Shown here: in pieces, positions 60,630 through 64,000 of the stretch
Position numbering within the stretch: position 1 is the stretch's first letter
How the letters are laid out: each line of letters opens with the position of its first letter
Assembly: GCF_030028105.1 (NCBI RefSeq)
Contig: NC_092380.1
Coordinates: forward strand, 20,113,144-20,177,143
Direction: 5' to 3'
DNA: 64,000 bases
DNA from: Mobula birostris
Lineage: Eukaryota
The notes under the pieces: model-generated
Database searches by the model: none
Seen by the model: the letters and a program-made list of their open reading frames with translations, nothing else
What the model was told of the DNA's origin: nothing
Translations under genes and position numbers: made by a program

Positions 60630-61540
60630 GCACAAAAGAAGAAGAGATTTAGAGGTCTATGGGCCAAACACTAGCGGATGGGGCTAGCTCATCAGGCAAC
60701 ACAGTTGGCATGGTTGAGTTGGGCCAAAGGACTTTTTTCCACTCTGTAAGGCTCAATGAGTCTTTGGCATGGAAATTGACGGTGGTGTTGATAGTGAGGA
60801 GAACAGTCAAAAGCTATAAAGGATATTAATCAGCTAGTAAGCCAGGCACAGTAATGGCACATGGAATTTAATAAGTGTGAGGTGATACAATTTGTCTGGT
60901 CTAATGAGGGTAGGACACATGCAGTACGATGAATGCATTGAGGAACAAATGGATCATGATGTCCAAGTCCAGAGATCCCTGAAGGTGGCCGCACAAGTAG
61001 AAAAGGTGGGGAAGAAGACACATGAGGTGCTTGCCCTCTTTAGCTGTGGCACAGAACATAAGAGCAGCAAAGTCTTGGTTGAACTTTATAAAACATTACT
61101 TTGGCTACAGCTGGAACATCCTGTGCAATACTGGTCACCGCACGACAGGAAGAGATACACATGGAGACTGGATAGGCTGGGTTTGTTTTCCTTTGAGCAG
61201 AGGATGCGGGGATGGATCGCAGATTGAAGAGTACAACATTAAGAAAGCCATAGAGAGGGTAGACAACAAAATATTTTTTCCTGTGGCAGAGGTGTTTAAC
61301 ATCAAAGGTCAGAGACTTAAGGTGAGGAGTGAGAAGTTTTGAAAGAATAGGAGGATGTTTTTTCACCCAGAGGATGGTTAAAATACAGAGCACACTGCCT
61401 GAAGTGGTGTTGGAAGCAGAGATTCTCATGACATTTAAGGAACATCTGGGCAAGCACTTGAATTGCCAAAGCATAGTAGGGATTAGTATAGATTGGCAAT
61501 TGATGGTTGGCACTGAAATAATGGGCCGAAGGGTCTGATT
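60630..61540 (+). mobile_element. Degraded CR1 3' fragment
   Basis: ORF 60892-61227 (LYKTLLWLQLEHPVQYWSPH) and CR1 3' UTR-like end. Confidence 0.8.
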
Positions 61541-62789
61541 TTTTAAATGCTAAATTACTGAATGACCCCCCCCCCCAAGCAAGGTATCCTGGATTTGAGA
61601 GAAACTGCCTAAGGAGAAGATTCCCAAGTCAGTATCCATAGGAATCAGATGCACAATCCATCTTACATAGCATTCTAACCCCCGCACAAACATATGCCCT
61701 CTGCTCTGCTTTGAAGGGCAGCAAGGAACGGCTAAGGCTCCAACAGTGATGTACCCATGAAGATCAACCAAGCTACTGAAAATACCAAATCCAACACAAA
61801 CACATGAAACACAAGAGACAGTCAGCAGGTGAGGCAGTACCTGCAGAAAGAGAAATAGACTGAATGTTTAATCTCAGAGGGGTCTTGGATCAAAAATGTT
61901 AACCTTTCTCTTCCCACAGATGCTACTTAGCCTACAGGATGTCTACAACCTGCTAGAGCAAAGTGTGAACCAGACTTACAGACTGTTGTCTCAGGAAGTT
62001 CTGTGTGCACATCTGTGGCAGGATCCTGCAGAGCCAATTCCCCTAGACCAAGGATCCAGTGTGATTAAGCGGGGGCCTTTCAAATGTATTATTCTATAAC
62101 TTATCTGGAAATCTGAAGCCAGTACTACTAAAAGTGTTCATGAAGCTGTGGGATTGTAAGGGGAAAAAAAAACAGTCAGGTAACTTAGAAGTTTAAAGGA
62201 AGTTTGCCATCATTATCCGATGTGGTAAATTTAGTAAGTTAGTGAAATTGATTAACCATTAACAGGCCTTTGGACTTAGCTGTTGTATCTAGAACAGCTA
62301 GATGATGGACAGGAAATGCTGGGTTTTCACCAAGTCCCAGAACAAATGTTTTATGAGTCAGGAAGTCCCTTTACCTTGAGCATCCAAGCAGACATTTAAA
62401 AACTCACCAATTTCTGCTTGTGCTTAATTAGTCAATGTTGAATTTATTGTTGAAGTTAGACCATTGAATCATTTGATGGTAATGGTTAGGAACTTCTTAC
62501 TGCTTCCTTCTCGCCATTTATTCATCAAAAAATCCCCAAGCTTTGTTTTTAAATAAGCTGACGTCTGAAGACTAGGGTAAGAAAATATTGATTGTGGAAA
62601 AAGAACATTGGGTTTAAGGGTAACGGTTGGAGGTTTTGGTAAGAAAATAATTAGGAATACCACGTTGGGATTCTGCAGTGTTGAGTGACAGGGAGAGAAG
62701 GACTAAAGGATTTGTGTTTCATTTGGAGGATGTGGACATCAGTGGCAATTCCAGAATTTATTGCCCATCCCTAATGCCCCTGCGGGTGG

Positions 62790-63170
62790 CAAGGTGGAGA
62801 TACATCCCTACCAAAGAATGTGCAAGGTGCTCCTTCCCTCTGCTCTTCTGTAGGTCACCCATGGGTAAGGTGTAGCACCTATTTATCCCCCCCCCCAACA
62901 ATCAGGGTCACATGAAGCCTAGGGACCAGGTGTTGGATGGTCATATGAGCAGCTGGTGCATATCTCAAGTTCTGCTTATGTGACCACTGACACCAGGCAG
63001 ACGATCTCTGAAGAGTACTGATAATGGCTGGGGTCACCCATCTTGTAAAGACACTGCCCAGAAGGCGATGGCAAACCACTTCTGTAGAGAAAGAAGGCAC
63101 AAACAATCATGGTTGTGGGACCATGATCATCTATGTCATACGATATGGCACATAATGATGGTGATGAATG
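62790..63170 (+). mobile_element. RTE-related short element, same family as 6268-6647
   Basis: Collinear similarity including gaaggcgatggcaaaccacttctgtag. Confidence 0.75.
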
Positions 63171-63540
63171 CCCCTGGTCTGAAGAGGCAGTTGAAATTCA
63201 GCCACTCTGGTTGACCTGAATCACTCTAGGTCAGATAGGGGAAAGATAATGGAATAATCAGCAGCTGAGAAGCTGTTCTGAGTGGCATTGGAAGGATTTA
63301 TGGAGTGTGTAACACAGAATCAGGCCAAGTAGTCAATCTGGTGTATGCTAAAGCCACAGATGTAGGCTCCTATAAGAGAATGAATAGATTGGCTGAACAG
63401 AAGTCTTTAATTTCTGTTAAAAGTTTGAATGTTCCAAGTGCTTTAATAACCAAAAGATGTTCAGCTAACTTGCTGTTACTTGGATAATATAGGAAAAACA
63501 CTCAGCAAATGTTCACAAGCAGCAGCCACAACCTATGGGC

Positions 63541-64000
63541 TTGTCATACGGAGGTGGCTGGGAACGGACCCAAGTGCAAGACACAGACACTGAAGTACCA
63601 GGGACAGGACTTGGATACGGGGTGAGGGCAAGGACATGGACCCAAAAACCAGGAACCCGGAACAGGACTGGACAAGAGAGCTAGGAGCCTGGGCTCGAAC
63701 TCCAAGCCAGAGACTGGACAAGAACCCAGTACCTGGGTCTTGCCTCTGGCTCGGACCCCAGAACTAGGCAAGGACGAGGCTTGGCTGGTAGGCAAGACGA
63801 GGCTGGAGTCTTCAGGCTTGAGGCTAGAGACTAGAGGTGAGGCTTGGCAGGCGGCAGGAGGCCGGAGTCTTCAGGCTTGAGGCTAGAGGCTAGAGACGAG
63901 GCGAGGCGAGGCTTGGCAGGAGGCAGGAGGCTGGAGTCTTCAGGCTTGAGGCAAGAGGCTAGAGGTGAGGCTTGGCAGGAGGCAGGAGGCTGGAGTCTTC
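63541..64000 (-). mobile_element. Gypsy-like LTR fragment (continues past the window)
   Basis: tgtcatacgg...ggacccaagtgcaagacacagacactgaagtac matches the 3777 copy. ~45-50 bp subrepeats from ~63790. Confidence 0.55.

Overview
Vertebrate genomic DNA, most likely a cartilaginous fish (ray or shark), inferred from abundant HE1/V-SINE-like and CR1/HER1-like repeats. Almost the whole window is one minus-strand gene for a B7-family type I membrane protein, most similar to ICOS-ligand or CD80/86. I reconstructed it by eye as exon 1A (57930-57902, MDPGVRRAVR), signal exon (35075-35014), IgV (28825-28481), IgC (18890-18603), stalk/TM (13871-13725) and tail (818-754). All junctions are GT-AG with compatible phases 2,1,1,1,1, giving 936 nt and 311 aa. 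A second candidate first exon (1B, 40066-40005) splices in frame to the same signal exon. The introns are mostly nested, decayed transposons: CR1, Rex1/Babar-like and RTE LINEs, Penelope-like elements with minimal hammerhead ribozymes, tRNA-SINEs, Tc1-type and other DNA transposon derivatives, and Gypsy-like LTR pieces. There is also a ~50-bp minisatellite. Most ORF-track entries are repeat fragments or chance ORFs. I found no prokaryotic-type system or CRISPR array and no evidence of a wholly new system. The most interesting observations are the dual first exons with distinct promoter motifs, an intronic NF-kB/ISRE cluster, alternative tail splice sites, hammerhead-bearing Penelope mini-insertions, and a composite double-hairpin MITE present twice.
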